Below are positions 55,649 to 57,310 of a stretch of 57,310 nt of DNA, piece after piece. The DNA is from Candidatus Kuenenbacteria bacterium (GTDB lineage Bacteria > Patescibacteriota > Patescibacteriia > UBA11705 > JABHMO01): NCBI GenBank assembly GCA_013202715.1, contig JABMRF010000046.1, positions 1 to 57,310 on the forward strand, given 5' to 3'. The notes beneath the pieces are model-generated. The model had not been told where the DNA came from and made no database searches. It saw nothing but the letters and a program-made list of their open reading frames with translations. Position 1 is the stretch's first letter. Every line of letters begins with the position of its first letter. Position numbers and translations under genes: made by a program.

Positions 55649-57250
55649 CTATTCAAGAGCCTCTCCCTTAGTATAGTCCGTGTAGAAAGCTTCAGGCAAC
55701 GACTTTACAAGACTGCCCCAATCATCGCCAAAAAGTTCTTTTGCCTTAGATTCACTTTTCAACCAACGGATAACGTGATTATCTTCAACTTTATAAACCT
55801 TGGCAATAGTTGGAGTTTTCATTAATGTTCCGGTTTTGAACGGGACATTATCACCAAATGTATAATCCTCTAATGAGTTTACGGTTTCAACAAAGGAAAA
55901 ATCATTTCCAAAATAACTTTCCCAAACTGCTTGTGTCGGATAAGGATGAAGAAGATTGTTTGTATCTATAAAATAAACCGCAGTTTTATCAGCCAACTTC
56001 AGCCAAGTTCCATTTGTATAATCAACGGTTGCGGCGGGTGAGGTAACTGCTACAAAATGAACTGTGAATTGCGCACCAACGTTCTGTGAATCTGAAGTAA
56101 CTTGATATACAACGTCCTGAGCCGTTGAACTTGAAATTTCAAAAGTCTGCTCACCATTGTCACCGCTTCCTTTTGAACTTACAACCACAAGCCCTTCGTC
56201 TCTGACTTCATTTAAATAAACAATCTGACTTGGTAAAACATTATTCTGTGTATCAAAAGTTTTTACTGTTACCGTGATCTTACTCGAACCGTCAGCATTA
56301 ACGGTTAGATTATCAACTGACACAGATGAATTTGTCGCTGAAAATTCTCCGGATATCGCCACGGTAATTGTAATCGGTCCAGAATTTGAAACCTGACCAA
56401 CCCAATCCCGAGACTGAGTTTCAATAAAATATGTTCCATTCTCAATACCTGTCCAATCATACTGCCAAGTCGCATAATTTTGAGTCAAAATTTCTACATC
56501 CTCCCAGTCAACTGTTTCTCCTTCTTTATATATTTTTATTTTAATGTATTCAGCTGATGACTTTCCCTGATCTCTTGACTTGCCGGTTATTGTGTATGAA
56601 TTTGTGCCAATAGTTTGGCCATCTTCTAAATTATCGAATATCACAACCGGCCCGGCCTTGTCTCCACTATAATAACTAATTGTTTGATTGGCAGCATTGG
56701 TAAATTCAAGATCAGTCGGACCGTCACTCTCTGATGCCACGAAAACTCCGGCATCGCCAATATCAAAAGCGCCATCCAAATCATTATCAATAAGTCTTGG
56801 CACCTGCAATTGAACCGTATAATTCACATTTGTTGCGGGCGCTGTCTCCCACATTTCTGCGCTGACAAACAGACGCAAGCCGTCAACAGGAATCAGCTGA
56901 CTTAGATCGTCCCAATACCAACTATTAGTGGGGCTGTAATAAGTACCGGCGCCAAGGTCTGTGTCAACTTGCCAGCCCTGAAAACCGACTTCACCGGCAT
57001 CGGCCCATAGACGCATAGCTTGAATGCCATGAGTATAAATCGCATTGCCTTGATTTTTTACAGTTACGGCAGTCAAGGTGTCTTCGACTCCGTCATTATC
57101 AGGAACAACAAAATCCAAAGCTAATTTGTCCCACTGACCGATATACCATGTATCAATCGGAATTTGAGTAAAAGCAAAATCAGAATTTTGGGATGCTACT
57201 GCAGGAAGAGCGAAGAATAAGATTAAGAGGAAGATTAGTGTTTTTTTCAT
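55649..57250 (-). CDS. Secreted protein with Ig-like domains and a duplicated C-terminal surface domain
   Basis: Signal peptide; Ig-like segments (YTITG.S.D; ADG.S.IT.TV...D..N); two C-terminal G..LK......VY.I repeats. Confidence 0.75.
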   Translation of the reverse strand: MKKTLIFLLILFFALPAVASQNSDFAFTQIPIDTWYIGQWDKLALDFVVPDNDGVEDTLTAVTVKNQGNAIYTHGIQAMRLWADAGEVGFQGWQVDTDLGAGTYYSPTNSWYWDDLSQLIPVDGLRLFVSAEMWETAPATNVNYTVQLQVPRLIDNDLDGAFDIGDAGVFVASESDGPTDLEFTNAANQTISYYSGDKAGPVVIFDNLEDGQTIGTNSYTITGKSRDQGKSSAEYIKIKIYKEGETVDWEDVEILTQNYATWQYDWTGIENGTYFIETQSRDWVGQVSNSGPITITVAISGEFSATNSSVSVDNLTVNADGSSKITVTVKTFDTQNNVLPSQIVYLNEVRDEGLVVVSSKGSGDNGEQTFEISSSTAQDVVYQVTSDSQNVGAQFTVHFVAVTSPAATVDYTNGTWLKLADKTAVYFIDTNNLLHPYPTQAVWESYFGNDFSFVETVNSLEDYTFGDNVPFKTGTLMKTPTIAKVYKVEDNHVIRWLKSESKAKELFGDDWGSLVKSLPEAFYTDYTKGEALE

Positions 57251-57310
57251 AACTGCAAACGCAAAAACGCAAAAGACGCAAAATCGCGAAAAAAAATTCC
57301 GATATTACAC

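Overview
This is a low-GC chromosomal window in standard genetic code 11, most consistent with a Patescibacteria/CPR (Parcubacteria-type) bacterium. That assignment is inferred from gene content, not from a search. Housekeeping genes (ligA, gap, rseP, murI, rpiB, a phosphomannomutase, clpC, radA, recG, ftsEX, ftsB-like, murG, ppaC, comF) are interleaved with a type IV minor-pilin/pilD cluster, two T4SS-pilin-like/cell-wall-hydrolase fusion genes, and a PrgI/split-VirB4/VirB6-like locus with no relaxase or integrase in view. Three tRNAs are present: Arg-GCG, Ser-TGA and Ser-GCT. The most unusual signals are small-scale. (1) Two tandem units each consist of a degenerate tRNA-5'-half-like hairpin, a tiny GIY-YIG nuclease gene and a tRNA-Ser, and each nuclease ORF reads into its tRNA; one uses the whole 5' half as coding sequence and stops in the anticodon loop. 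(2) Two four-helix-bundle genes are each enclosed by inverted heptamer-array arms, and many gene junctions carry gene-less versions of such inverted arrays. (3) A catalytically dead RAYT/Y1-transposase homolog co-occurs with several REP-like palindrome families, some inserted in frame into RadA and a surface protein. All functional interpretations are inference from sequence reading alone.
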